Below, in pieces: positions 12,556 through 24,729 of a stretch of DNA of 64,000 nucleotides (position 1 is its first letter; each line of letters begins with the position of its first letter). The stretch is from Octopus vulgaris (lineage: Eukaryota). The stretch covers positions 108,500,001 to 108,564,000 of the forward strand of contig OX597815.1 in the NCBI GenBank assembly GCA_951406725.2. Reading direction: 5' to 3'. A program made the translations under genes and the position numbers. Under the pieces are notes generated by a model that saw only the letters and a program-made list of their open reading frames with translations, was not told the DNA's origin and searched no databases.

Positions 12556-14270
12556 ATTACTTTTATTTTTTCTTTCTTTTCTCCTTGAGCTGTTTTTACT
12601 TTCACTTTCTTCTTTGAGTTACTTTTTGAAGCATAACACGAAAGGTAAGTAGGAACATACTATTGTATCAATATGTAGCTATTTCTGTGAAATTCCAACA
12701 TATGAAATGAAATTGATTCATAAGAGTCAAAATAATTTCTCCAAGGTATATGACGTCAAAGAATTAAAGGCAGATAGAATAATCAAACCGCATAATTTCA
12801 TGTTAAGTAAAATATGTAGACATAAAGAAAAACTATTTCATAATCAATATTTAAAAATGCTTGCACACTTACTTGCATAATAAATATATACATATGTGAA
12901 TATATATAGATAAATAAACTGATAACTGAATGAGTAATATTCGGTAAATAGATGCCTAATTGAATCAATAATAATAATAGATTATAATAAATTGGAAAAG
13001 TTCGTAAATAAAGTTAATCTGTAAAGGATACATTTGCAGGTGTATCCATATTGATATGCAAGCACTCAAATTGGAAATGTTTGGGTATATTTATTTATGA
13101 AAATACTAAGCGCCCTAATATATGCACATTCACATAATACATGCACATAAAAGTTTACATTGATTCAAATGCACTGATGTGTGTGTGTGTATATATACAT
13201 ATATATATGTGTGTGTAAATGCATGTTTATGTTTGTATATATATATCAACATATACATTTATCTGTACACACACACAAACATGCATATATATATAAAAAT
13301 ATATACATACACACAGACAATAAATATACACATGCACAAAGATATTCATGTGCATACATATTCTCACACATGCATAAATATACATATTTATGTACATATA
13401 CACTTGCATGCATATGTGGTTTGATCTCCATATATGTTCTAACATAATGCTTATATTTAAGCCAACTTGTATATCCACATACAAGCATACATAAATGCCT
13501 TAATACTGAAGTGGATGGATATTTTAAGACACATATACCCATACATACAAATAAAAATGTGTGCTACCTTATATGTTCATGTATGTGTATACCCCATGCA
13601 AAGACTTACACATCCATTCATTCACACATATTTTTACACACACACATTGATTATTGTTTAATAAGCCCACTGGCTATTTGCAAGACCAGTGCCTGAACTG
13701 ATATTCTACATATTGTTGATGGGAGATTCGGATACTATGCTGTTGCTGGACATCTGTCAGTGAGGAATCCATAACTGGGTGAAATCATGATTAATATACA
13801 AAATTTTAAACATACAGTATTCTCCCAAGTTCAGGATTCATTGTTTCAATTTCTCAAAGTTCCTGTTTTGAAATTGAAGAAAATTTGAATGACATAGAGA
13901 TATCATTCATTACGGTACACATTTGGACAATAATGTAGACATGTTTTGTAAATCTTATGCTTACAAGCAACTGTAGGTTCATAACTCCTCTTGAAGATTG
14001 AAATCCAAAAGTAAAATGATCTCCAGTGATTCCAACATACATAAATTGAAAGTTCTTTTATTACCATTATCAGATTTGGCTCTTGCTAAAATATACTATT
14101 GGATATCGTACTGGATGTTTTAATTTTTCACACTCCAGATAGACATAGAACAAGATGTAATATTTTTCTAACTGGATTTAAAACTGAATGAGTGTGACAT
14201 TTAACCTTAAATCTATTACAGTATTTACATTATTTACATTTGATGGATATTTGTCCTCATTTTGTTGTTA

Positions 14271-14314
14271 ACACAATGTTTTGGCTGATATACCCCCCAG
14301 CCTTCATCAGGTGT
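14271..14314 (-). ncRNA. Minimal type I hammerhead (CpG-decayed)
   Basis: acac-CTGATGA-a-ggctg-gggggtatat-cagcc-AAAAC-AT-T-gtgt. Restoring two CpG transitions gives GAAAC-GTT. A second decayed copy lies on + from 14628. Confidence 0.65.
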
Positions 14315-14384
14315 CTTGGGGAAATTTCGAACCTGGGTTCTCATTCCTAAGGTATTTATCGATGTTATTATAATTATTATTCAG

Positions 14385-14457
14385 GTCACTGCCTGGAATT
14401 AAACTCAGAATCTTGGGGTTAGTAGCCCACACTCTTAAGCACTATGCCATACGCCTG
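14385..14457 (-). promoter_or_regulatory. tRNA-like Pol III A/B-box cassette inside the PLE 3' region
   Basis: Minus strand tggcatagtgcttaag (A box), ggg-ctactaa-ccc anticodon-like hairpin, gagtttaattcc (B-box-like) at tRNA spacing. Confidence 0.6.
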
Positions 14458-15187
14458 TGGGCAATTATGGAGTTAATTTTAGGGCTTATAAATCTAATAT
14501 TTTCCTATCCTTCCTTAATACCGGTTCCAATACGCTACTCATATCTGCACTCAGTCTGCTTAGGAGGTTGTTGTGTCCTAGCATATGTGCTGCTTCTTTT
14601 ACTTTTCATGTTTTCCAGTGGTGTTCTCTGACGAAGGCTGGAGGGTATATCAACTGAGACATTGTGTTAACAACAAACAAGATGAGGACAAATATCTGTC
14701 AAATGTAAATAATGTAAATAATGTACATAATTCCTCATCTCTTAAATATGGAACTTAAATCTATTAGCTGGTATACCCATATAAAGTCTGATAGTGGTAA
14801 GAGTGTTAATTGTATACTTGTCAACTATGTCATTAATTAGGCAATTTCCTTCTAAGGGATAATTATTCTTATTGAAATAATTAAAATTTGCATTATAGCT
14901 ATCACCAATATATATGGTGCTATTATAACAGCTCTCATTAACATAGCTACAGCTAAAGATGTAATGTTTTGTGTGAATTTAGGAGTTACTAAATAATAAT
15001 TTAACAATTGTTGAATAAGATTACTTAATACCAATTAAGGTGCTTATAATATCTGAACTGCTGGCAAATATTTCTTGAGTAAAGAAGATTCTAGATATTA
15101 GTGTTACCTCTTCAATATCCAGTGGTAGATTATACCAAATAATATGCTTAAGACTAATTCATTCTAATCATATGCTCTTAGTTAATA

Positions 15188-16410
15188 TATGAGGGTCAGT
15201 TGAAAAGTTCATAAGCTGACTAAGATACTCTCATGGAATGTGTCCAAATGAGGTTTAATTTTCAGTACAGTCCACATTGTGAACCACACACTTCTTCCAT
15301 CAATGTTGCAGTGTTTGGATCCCCTTCATGAAGAAACTTTAATCCAGTTCATCAAAAATGTCATCAGCAGATATGACATCATCACTGCAATAGTGGTTCC
15401 TAACCAAGTGATTTTTCATGTATGGGAACAGATGATGATCAGATGGAGCTAAATCAGGAGAATAGGGAGGGTGATCAGCCAGTTCAAAACCACAATCACA
15501 CACAGTAGCTATTGAAACCAAGGACTTGTGGTTGGAGCATTGTTCCGATGAAACAAGACCCCTTTCATCAGTTTTCCTGGCATTTGGTCTTGATAGCCCT
15601 TTGTAACTGACTCAGCAAGTTGGCATAATACTTGCCATTGATGGTGTGGCCCTTTTGCATCCCAAATAACTGAGGCCATCACTTTCCTTGCAGATGAGAC
15701 GACCTTGGCCTTCCTTGGAGCAAGTGAGGTGGGGTGTTTCACTGCATGGATTGTCACTTTGTCTTTGGTTCAAAATGATGAAGCCAACACTCATCTTGGC
15801 TTAGTAAATGTTCAAGAAAACCAGGTAGATCTGCCTGAACCAATGTTAGATTTTCCCATGATGTGATAAGCCTGGTGTGCTTTTGATCAGGTGTCAGAAA
15901 ACGTGGCACCCACCATGCAAAAACTATTGTCATGCCAAGTTCATCGAGCAGAATATTCTCAACTCTCTCACAGGATATACTAATAACATAGGTAATCTGA
16001 TTTATAGTCAATCACCTGTCATCCATCACCATATAGTGAACATGATCAATGGTTTCTCTGGTTGTTATAGTGGCAGGATGTCTTCAAGACTCTTCCTTTC
16101 TCTCCTGTATTCAGCTGCCTACTTTTGAACTGTTGATAAAGCTAGGATGTTATCTTCTAATGTAGCAACCATATCAGTCTGAATATCCTTTGGGGCTAAA
16201 CCCTTTTTCTGCAGGTACTTCATAACAAAACAATGCCAAATTTTACTAATTTTCAAGAGAAGTCTTCTTTGAACAGCCAGATGTCATTTTACCTGGAAAG
16301 AAATATTGCAATTATTAATAAAAATTGTTGAAATTAATGCCTGCAAGATTTTACAGTTCTAGCATCACTCCTTCATAGTCAGTCTATGAACTTTTTAGCC
16401 CATCCTCATA
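15188..16410 (-). mobile_element. Full-length decayed mariner transposon
   Basis: TIRs tatgagggtcagttgaaaagttcataagctgac / gtcagtctatgaactttttagcccatcctcata; transposase remnants WVPRFLT, DECWLHHFEP, KVMASVIWD, HPPYSPDLAPSD with frameshifts. Confidence 0.92.
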
Positions 16411-17830
16411 AAACAATTATTTAAAAATTGCTACAATCCAATGCTTCATTGTAATAGGTTCAGTGATCCTTAAAAATCTGTTTGTTAATTGAAAATATAA
16501 ATTATCTCAATGTGATACTTTAATCAACTTTTTTTCTGTTGATGTTTGAATGATTTGGAAATTTGTTGCTATAATTTATCGCATCCTTAGGTTTCCGATG
16601 TAGATAACATAATCCATTGGAGAGTTTCAGTCACACCCTAAAATTTGATTATAGAGGGATTTATATCTAATTTAATAGACTGAGCAAGAATTTTGAAGTA
16701 TTCAGTTGAGACCTTTCAGAATCTCTATGATCCAGAAGCTGTAATTAATCATGGTCAATAGGCCATCATCCCTATACAACCCATTCTTATATGAGAGGAC
16801 TTGCCCACAAGTTAATACAATAAATAGGCCAATAAAATCAGTAACTACAGCTAAATTGTTGATACCTATACTCACATCAGAAGGGGTATTTAGGGACTAT
16901 TTTAATTGAAATAGAATTGTTGTAATTGTGACACATTTCTAAGCACGGATAATCGTATAAACCTTTAATACCAATTAAGTTTTTGGCAACAGTAATAACA
17001 TTAAATAATAGCAGTAACATAATGGAGGTATTATAATTATCTAAATCAAACTGAAAATATTTTGTCCCTATCTTATAAGGGATACATTTGAAGCAGTCTA
17101 CTTATCACATATTCATTCAGTTATCAATTAATTTTACTGTTTTTACACATTTAGTATCTATGTGTGCATGCATTTTCAAAAATAGATTATAAAGCAGTTT
17201 TTGCAAGTATTTGTGTTTTCTTAACATGATATGATGCCATTTTAATATACTATTTTCCTCTAATTCCTTGGATTCATATACTTTGGAGAAATCATTTTGA
17301 CTGTTGAATATTAGCTTTGTTTTAAATGGAATTTCGCAGAAATATTCTAAAATAATTCACCTGTGCTTACAGATTCAAAATTTTGATTTCGTAGGAGGTA
17401 TGAATTAATGAAAGTAGAATCATTATTTTACTAAAACTTAAAATTCATTAACAAAACTGAAAATGAAAGCGAAGGTAACAAACAATGCTTTACATTTTAC
17501 CATATATTTTGAAACTAAAAATCCTTTGTCAAGAGAAAGACACAAAGTTATCGCTATAATACATTTTCTCTTGATAAAGGGTTTTTAATCCAAAATACTG
17601 AAACATTAGTTAAGATTTAAATTGGTGTGATCCTCCTTACTTTAGTTTACACTCTTATTTTCTAAAATTGCCTTGTACATGCTTTTTTAAACAATTTTAC
17701 CACATACTGTATTATTCAAACCATACATGCGTATGTGTGCATGTGCACACACACACACACAAGCATATATATTAGGTAATATTTCTGTAGATTGAACCGT
17801 ATTATCTTACTTATTAAAACTGAAAATGTC

Positions 17831-17893
<63 letters not shown>

Positions 17894-18471
17894 CAGTATG
17901 TCCTTATTTTGCATCAAAACGGCTCAACCAATTTTTCTTAAACTTCACATGCACATTGCTTATGTGTCTGGGGTGGGGGGGTTAAGTATAAATTGATTTT
18001 GAAAACATGTTTAGGTAAATGGCGGGAGGAATAAACTTTTGGGTGCAGCTGAACAGCAGGTGTAATTATTTTAAGCTTCCAAGGGAAATAACCCATTCAC
18101 TCCTTTGTAAATTATTTGGTAAGAATGAAATTGAGTATACTTATTTCTTAGTATTTGAATTATTTTAGTTATTTTCTCAATTTATCCAATACAAGGCTTA
18201 TACAAGTTAATAGTATTCTCCTAAACAATAGATCCACTTATTTCAGTTAGTGACTTATTCACGAATATACCAATTCTAGCACTGCTGAGGGTAATATTCT
18301 CTGGGAACGCACAAAACCTTTTTTCACAGTTAATTACTTTGAATTGTTATTATCTCATATCTGATTAGCCTGTTATTACATAACATGTATCATGATTTTA
18401 GTATACATAATTTATTAGTATTTCTTCCTATGTTCTATATACCCTAGGAACATATTAAAGCCCTTTCTATC

Positions 18472-18550
<79 letters not shown>

Positions 18551-18626
18551 CACATATATATATACATATCCATATATATATATACATGTGTATATATATA
18601 GAGAGATATATATATGTGTGTGTGCA

Positions 18627-18658
<32 letters not shown>

Positions 18659-19012
18659 CTTTTGGTGCAAATGGTTTTGTTATACGACACCGTGTTTTAC
18701 AATCCTGTAAATAATAATGGTATTTTTATATAAGCTTAAAGTTTATGGCATTCACCGTGCAGTGACTAAGGAAAATAGTCTAATAACAGGGCATATAAGC
18801 ACTTGGCAGAAAAAAGAAGGCTTTTCCATCTGTGTGTGAAGGTAATACACTTAGTCATGTTAACAAAGGGATGTGGGTTCATGTCCCATGTGGATGGGAA
18901 GTCTTCTTTTTTCTATTGAGGGCTTATATGCCCCTTTATTAGACTATTTTCCTTAGTCATTTACAGGATTGTAAAATATGGCACCATATAATAAAGCCAT
19001 TCACACCAAAAG
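18659..19012 (+). mobile_element. Fold-back element with a tRNA-like cloverleaf at its apex
   Basis: Arms 18659-18712 plus 18763-18830 pair with 18893-19012; tRNA-like sequence at 18825-18899; microsatellites on both flanks. Confidence 0.65.
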
Positions 19013-19019
19013 GATATAT

Positions 19020-19058
<39 letters not shown>

Positions 19059-19061
19059 TTA

Positions 19062-19362
19062 TTATAGCCTCAGGCCGACCAAAACCTTGTGAGTGGATTT
19101 CGTACTCAGAAACTGAAAGAAGACTGTCGTATATATGTGTATATTTGGGTATGTGTGTGCCTATGTCTTGTGTTTGTACCCCCACCATTGCTTGACAACT
19201 GATGTTGCTTTGTTTACATTCCTGTAACTTAGTAGTTTGGTAAAAGACACTGACAGAATGAGTACTAGGCTTACAAAGAATAAATCCTGTGGTTGATTTC
19301 TTTGACCTATGGCAATGCTCCAGCATGGCCACTGTCACATGACTGAAACAAGTAAAGCAATA
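19062..19362 (+). mobile_element. SINE family A, 5'-truncated
   Basis: tatagcctcaggccgacc...gagtggattt...gactgaaacaagtaaa. Confidence 0.85.
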
Positions 19363-19415
19363 AAAAAATCTATACCCATTTTAATTCTGAGCAAGACTGG
19401 GTATCTCTGCTAGTG

Positions 19416-19558
19416 TTCATAATATATATAAATGTGTTTTAAACATTCAGTTTTGCAGTAAATGATAGTATTTGGAGTTACAAGTCTGAATGACTTGTCA
19501 TTATGTATGTATGTATGTATGTATGTATGTATGTATGTATGTATATATATATATATAT

Positions 19559-19593
<35 letters not shown>

Positions 19594-20612
19594 GGAATTG
19601 ATTTACAACCCCAATTATTACTTTATTTTGCAAGACTAATTACGTTTCAGACTGTTTTACATGTCATAAACATTAAATATGATACCACATTTAGAAAATA
19701 TTAACATCCATCCTGCTATTCCATGCAATCTTGTCAAAATTCAACAGTTCTATCTCTGTGAAATTTTACTTTTTGATCTGATGTCTGTTTCTCATACAGG
19801 TATGGCTTAAATGAAATAGAATCACAAAACATTTTCAAACAATGTATCTTTTCTATATGATATTGGCTTCCTAGATTTATCCACTCTTCTTCCTAAGAAA
19901 TTTTCCTTTTGTATCTTTCTTTATTAAAAACCCACATCTCCATTAACTCCACTCCTACCCTGCCTAATGTAATGACTATACTTTCACTATTTTCAGTCCG
20001 GTTATATTTATATCAGCTTAGAAGAATTTATCTATAGCTTCAAGCGAGCTGTCTTAGTAGCTCTTGGTCTTCATAAAAGTAGTAGAATATGAACAAACTA
20101 ATAATAGTCTGTGTTGGTAAATAATATGAATAAAATGTTTTCTAATTTGAATATATTGTTTTGCCGCGAGAAACAGAAATTATGAAATGTTTCAGGTGGA
20201 ACCATGCATTTCACAGAACAGAAAGAGAATCTTGTTTGAAAATATTCTGTTGTTCCATTTAAGCCATACCAGGATGTGAAACTGGCATTAACTCAATGAT
20301 GTATCCCCTCAATCATAAAACTGGTGAATTTTGGCAATACAGAATTATATGGAGCTCCATATGAAATGCAAATTGATGTTTTCTACAAACGGAATCATAC
20401 TTAAATGTTTGTGACACATAAAAATGTCTTGAACATAATTAGTTCTATCAGAAAGAGTAATATTTTGGGTTGCATACCTATTGCATTTTTTTTTCATTTA
20501 TCTATTTCTTTTTTGTTTATTGACAAGCAAATCATGTCTGGATTTATAACTCTAAATATCACTAGTTTGTGGCAAGAATGAATATGATGAAAATAATTTA
20601 TATGCTATGAAT
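19416..20612. repeat. Ancient long inverted repeat (~400-bp arms)
   Basis: 19416-19870 aligns by eye with the reverse complement of 20200-20612; shared anchors include ggtatggcttaaatg, caaaattca.cagtt and attttcaaacaa. Confidence 0.7.
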
Positions 20613-21444
20613 ATTATATATAACTCCATCTGCAAAAACGTAATTTTAAAAGTAGCCCCTGCTACCAACAACTCATATGCATCCAAGGCTTTTAAAGACA
20701 TTGCTTTTTGTCAGTTTGCCAAGATTAGACTGAAGTTTTTGTGTACCCATCACTAGCATTGCATGAACACTTCTGAGATAACACTGAAATTTTATGCTTG
20801 CAGTTACCAATTATTATTTTGGCTTTTGCCTCATTAACCTTAGGGTCTTTTTCTTCTAAACCACTCTTCTAATATTTAACTTACGAATTCTAAAAATTTG
20901 TACTAGGTAATATAGTAAAAAACTGACTGATCAAAATAAAAGATCTCTATGAATTCAATTTTGAATGCCTATATTGTTGGTTAAAAGCACCTTAATTCAT
21001 GTAATTTTGATTTCCATCCTTCCAACCCTGTTCACAACTCCTTGGGTAGGTCTCTTCTTTAGTCCTGACCAACCAATGCTGTTTCAATAAAATTTGGTAA
21101 ATGAAAACTGTGTGAAAGCTCAATGAAAGGACTTTTCCAATCCTTTATTTGTAGATTTGAATTATCATTTGTTTTAACACCCCAAGCTTGCTTTTGAGTC
21201 CCTTTAATGGAGTCCACTCTATAGCAAGTCTTTCATTCAATTTTAAGTCCAAAATTTACTTCCTTTCTTCCATTCAGAGCTCTTGGTTCTACTTCTTTGC
21301 AAATACTCAAATCATATTCTTTCCTAAATAATTGGCAATACTAATGTTTTCTGTAGTTTTTATGAGTGTCTTCTGAATTCTTCTCCTGAATGAATGAATT
21401 TCTGCATTTTTTTTGCAGACTAAAACCTCTTGCACAAGGGATTC

Positions 21445-22085
21445 TCTATACCATTGTTTGAACTGATAGAAATAGCAGCCTAATATTTAAACCACATCTT
21501 ACTGCCATAAAAAAGTGGCAGCACATTTGAGAATGTAGTTCTTGACACACTATGTCTGAAACAAAGACAGAGTGATTCCATTTGAAATGGTTTTTGATCA
21601 TAGGTCGTCCTACAAAAGACAAACTTGGGGCTAAACAACAACAGCAGTCTAATTAACTTCAAGCCATCAGTAGAACCTCAACATGGTTAGCCAGCCTGCT
21701 AAGAATGGCAGCCAAGTCTTCTTGAAATCACACCTTAACATTTAGCTTTAAAGTTCCTTATATACTAAAAGATAGGATGCCTGTGTCTAGAATGCCATTG
21801 ATCATGGGATTCTTTGACAAGGACTGATGTGGGGCAAAGCAATAACAACAATTAAATTAATGACAAATCAATGAAGTGGCCTCTACATAGCTGCTTGATT
21901 TCTTAGAAAGAGCAGCCAAATCTTCTACAAATTAACCCCTTCATCATAAAAGAGGAAGATGATGTGAAAGAAAGTATATTCCCAAGCTTCAATAGAAGAA
22001 TGGGATGATAATAAAAGGAACACATTCGATTAGATATCTACTCAAACTGGACTGACTGATCTTCGGTCAAACAATGACAACAATA
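21445..22085 (+). repeat. Three tandem diverged copies of a ~200-bp dispersed repeat
   Basis: Unit agaaatagcagcc...gatcatagg...ggggctaaacaacaac. Related copies lie at ~4740-4910, ~7725-7800 and ~58860-58975 (-). Confidence 0.55.
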
Positions 22086-22396
22086 ATTTGATTAACTAAG
22101 CAAAAAAACAAAATTGCTAGTATGATATTGATATAATATTAATGTTTCTAGTGTATCATAGCAACTATAGATAACAGAACTATAGCTTTCCTGGGTCATC
22201 TTATTCTTAATTGTGTCACTAACCTTAACAATAGACATACAATAATAATAATAATGGGTTTATTGTATGCAATGTTCAAGTGCACTATGGCTTGTAGGAA
22301 ATGAGTGAAAGAGGAGACAGAAAGTGACAATATATCAAATAAAGAAAGACAGCAGTGAAAGCCAAAAGTTCATGCACAGTACTTCTGTCTTTCAAT

Positions 22397-22797
22397 CAGG
22401 GACGTGCTGTCTAGGTAGGCAAGGTAGGCAGTGCCTACCTCGGGTAAAATAGATCGATAGCAATATTTTCCTTTCGTGACAAAATATGCACCTAACTCAA
22501 TAAAATCATGAAGGCTACTCTGATTACTATGTATAAAATGCAAATATCTATATTTTTTTTTTGTAGATTAGGTAGGCATAATTCATTCCTGCTTTTCAAA
22601 CTCAGTATTTAAGCTATGCATAATACTTCCATAGTACACATGCTGAGTACACTCCTACAACAATGTTTTATTTATGTGTAATACAGGCAGAAGTAAATCT
22701 GCCTACAACTCAGTCGCCTGTGTTTCTCTTATTTTTGGTGTTTTACTACATAAATGTCACCAACCTACCCTGAGTAATTACTGACAGCATGTGCCTG
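22397..22797. mobile_element. hAT-type MITE
   Basis: TIRs cagggacgtgctgtc / gacagcatgtgcctg; perfect 8-bp TSD ctttcaat at 22389-22396 and 22798-22805. Confidence 0.85.
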
Positions 22798-23344
22798 CTT
22801 TCAATGCTTTTCATTTCTACTGCTAATTTTAGCCACAACTTTACATTCTGAGCTCATAAGTACCAGTTGAGCAGTAGGGTCAATGTAATCGACTTACCAC
22901 CTGACCTGAAATTGCTGGCCTTGTGTCAAAGTTTGAAGCCAATTTCAGCCATAACTATGGAGAAAATCTCCAAACATAGATATAAATAGATGTCAAGGGC
23001 CTGATTCCTACACCTTGCTGTTTTTCTCCTTAACGTTTCTGGTTTTTAACTGGAATTTGATAGATGCTGATGTGATTCAAGAGACATATACTCTTCAGCA
23101 GGCAGGGGCTTGGATTTGGCCCCCATTCATTTATTTCATTTTCTGGATGGGAACTGGGTGGTGGATAAATGCACAACTGTAATCAAACCACCAGCACCAG
23201 CAGCAGCAACACCACCACCACTGCCATTATCACTGTCATCGTCTTCGTTAATATCATGATCATGATATTGATGATGATACATATATATATGTGTACACAC
23301 GTCTGTGCATAATCATATAACATATACACAAACATCATACACAT

Positions 23345-23550
23345 ACAAAAATGCATGCACACACACACATACACACACAGACACATACAAGCACACACTT
23401 ATATGCATGCACACACACACTTATACGCATGCACACACACACATACAAGCACACACTTATACGCATGCACACACACACATACAAGCACACACTTATATGC
23501 ATGCACACACACACACACACACACACGCATTTACATATGCACACATACAT
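23345..23550. repeat. CA-derived minisatellite (~36-bp unit acatacaagcacacacttatacgcatgcacacacac)
   Basis: About three tandem units embedded in (CA)n. Confidence 0.8.
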
Positions 23551-23799
23551 ATGATGAAAAAAGGATTTTCTATTCATTTTTAGCTGACAATAATAGATCA
23601 GTTATTCTTCATGGTAAAGTTTTATTTGAACATTTATTGGAGAAAAGGAATGGAAATAAAAAAAAGAAGTTTTTTTTCCTTCTTCAATTGCAAAATGGCC
23701 AAAGTTCTGTTTTAGACTTTCTTTCTATATTTGTTATTTTCTTCAGTATGTCAGGGATTTATTTCAATGCAGTATAATTATGTTATTTTTTATATTAGC

Positions 23800-24085
23800 A
23801 TATCATCATCATCCACCACCACCACCATCACCACCACCACCACCACTACCATTACTATCATTGCCATCGTCATCATCGTCATCATCATCATCATCATCGT
23901 CGTTGTCATCATCATCATCATCATCAGCCACCACCAACACTACCACTACCACCACCACCAACACCACCAATACCACCACCAACACCATCAACAACACCAT
24001 CACCACCACCACCACCACCACCATTACTACCATCATTTTCATCGCCATCAACATCATCATCATTGCTACAGTTGTTATTGTTATT
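23800..24085. repeat. (CAT/CAC)n trinucleotide tract
   Basis: Direct reading; source of the poly-His/Thr/Ser ORFs. Confidence 0.9.
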
Positions 24086-24254
24086 AATATTTTTATCTGG
24101 TTGCATGTATTTATGAGATTCTCTTTGTTCATTGTTCTTCAAAAAGAACATATTTATATCATTCTTATTTACAATATTTGATTAATTGAAGCTGTTCTAC
24201 ATACTTTTTAATCTTACTTTAATTTCTAGAGTCTTTATGTATGCATGTTTCATG

Positions 24255-24264
24255 TTTATGTATG

Positions 24265-24296
<32 letters not shown>

Positions 24297-24354
24297 TGTA
24301 TGTATGTATGGATGGATGGATGGATGGATGGATGTACGTATGTATGTATGTATT

Positions 24355-24394
<40 letters not shown>

Positions 24395-24671
24395 CATCTC
24401 AGTGTCTTTTTCTCTCCAACTATTCATAAAGTGTGTGTGTGTTTTCATATCTAGGCATGCATTTATATGCACACACTCAGACACATACATATACATATAG
24501 ACATATATGTATATATGCATACATATATATACATGATCATATATATATAAATACATATACATACGTATATATATATATATACATATATATATGCACATAT
24601 ATCTATATACATACATACTTACATACATATATATATATATATATACACACACACTCACTCACACAAACACC

Positions 24672-24726
<55 letters not shown>
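24255..24726. repeat. (TATG)/(GATG)/(TA)n microsatellite cluster
   Basis: Direct reading of the sequence. Confidence 0.9.

Positions 24727-24729
<3 letters not shown>

Larger units (their letters stand above)
14219..14753 (-). mobile_element. 5'-truncated Penelope-like insertion with inverted pLTR and 13-bp TSD
   Basis: TSD cttaaatctatta at 14206-14218 and 14754-14766. Inverted arms ~14222-14310 and 14628-14720. Minus-strand EHHWKT*KVKEAAHMLGHNNLLSRLSADMSSVLEPVLRK...* resembles a PLE GIY-YIG C-terminus. Confidence 0.8.
13700..17100 (-). mobile_element. Large decayed Penelope-like element (RT + GIY-YIG), interrupted by two younger insertions
   Basis: Minus-strand motifs in the expected order: KYFQFDLDNYNTSI (~17020-17060), DVSIG..VTDFIGLFI (~16820-16880), GLYRDDGL (~16760-16785), RKPKDAINY...NH (~16545-16600), YVGIT (~14030-14045). 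Confidence 0.65.
17805..19413 (+). mobile_element. Old non-autonomous Helitron-like element with nested or captured repeats
   Basis: 5' a|TCttacttattaaaactgaaa followed by (TG)n; 3' ctgagcaagactgggtatctctgCTAG|t, a decayed version of the cccgagcaacgccggg...CTAG end of the young copies. Confidence 0.55.

Noticed and set aside
13760-13795. gtgagga-atcc...gggt-gaaa hammerhead-like motif
   Set aside because: The CUGA core is mutated and there is no stem I; too weak to call.
20195-20280. Possible exon after tttcag
   Set aside because: The frames examined close quickly, and the region is one arm of the ancient inverted repeat.
23345-23550. Regularly spaced 36-bp repeats resembling a CRISPR array
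   Set aside because: No unique spacers, CA-derived, eukaryotic context and no cas genes.
23731-24181. His/Thr/Ser-rich ORFs
   Set aside because: Translations of (CAT/CAC)n in several frames; no splice or domain support.
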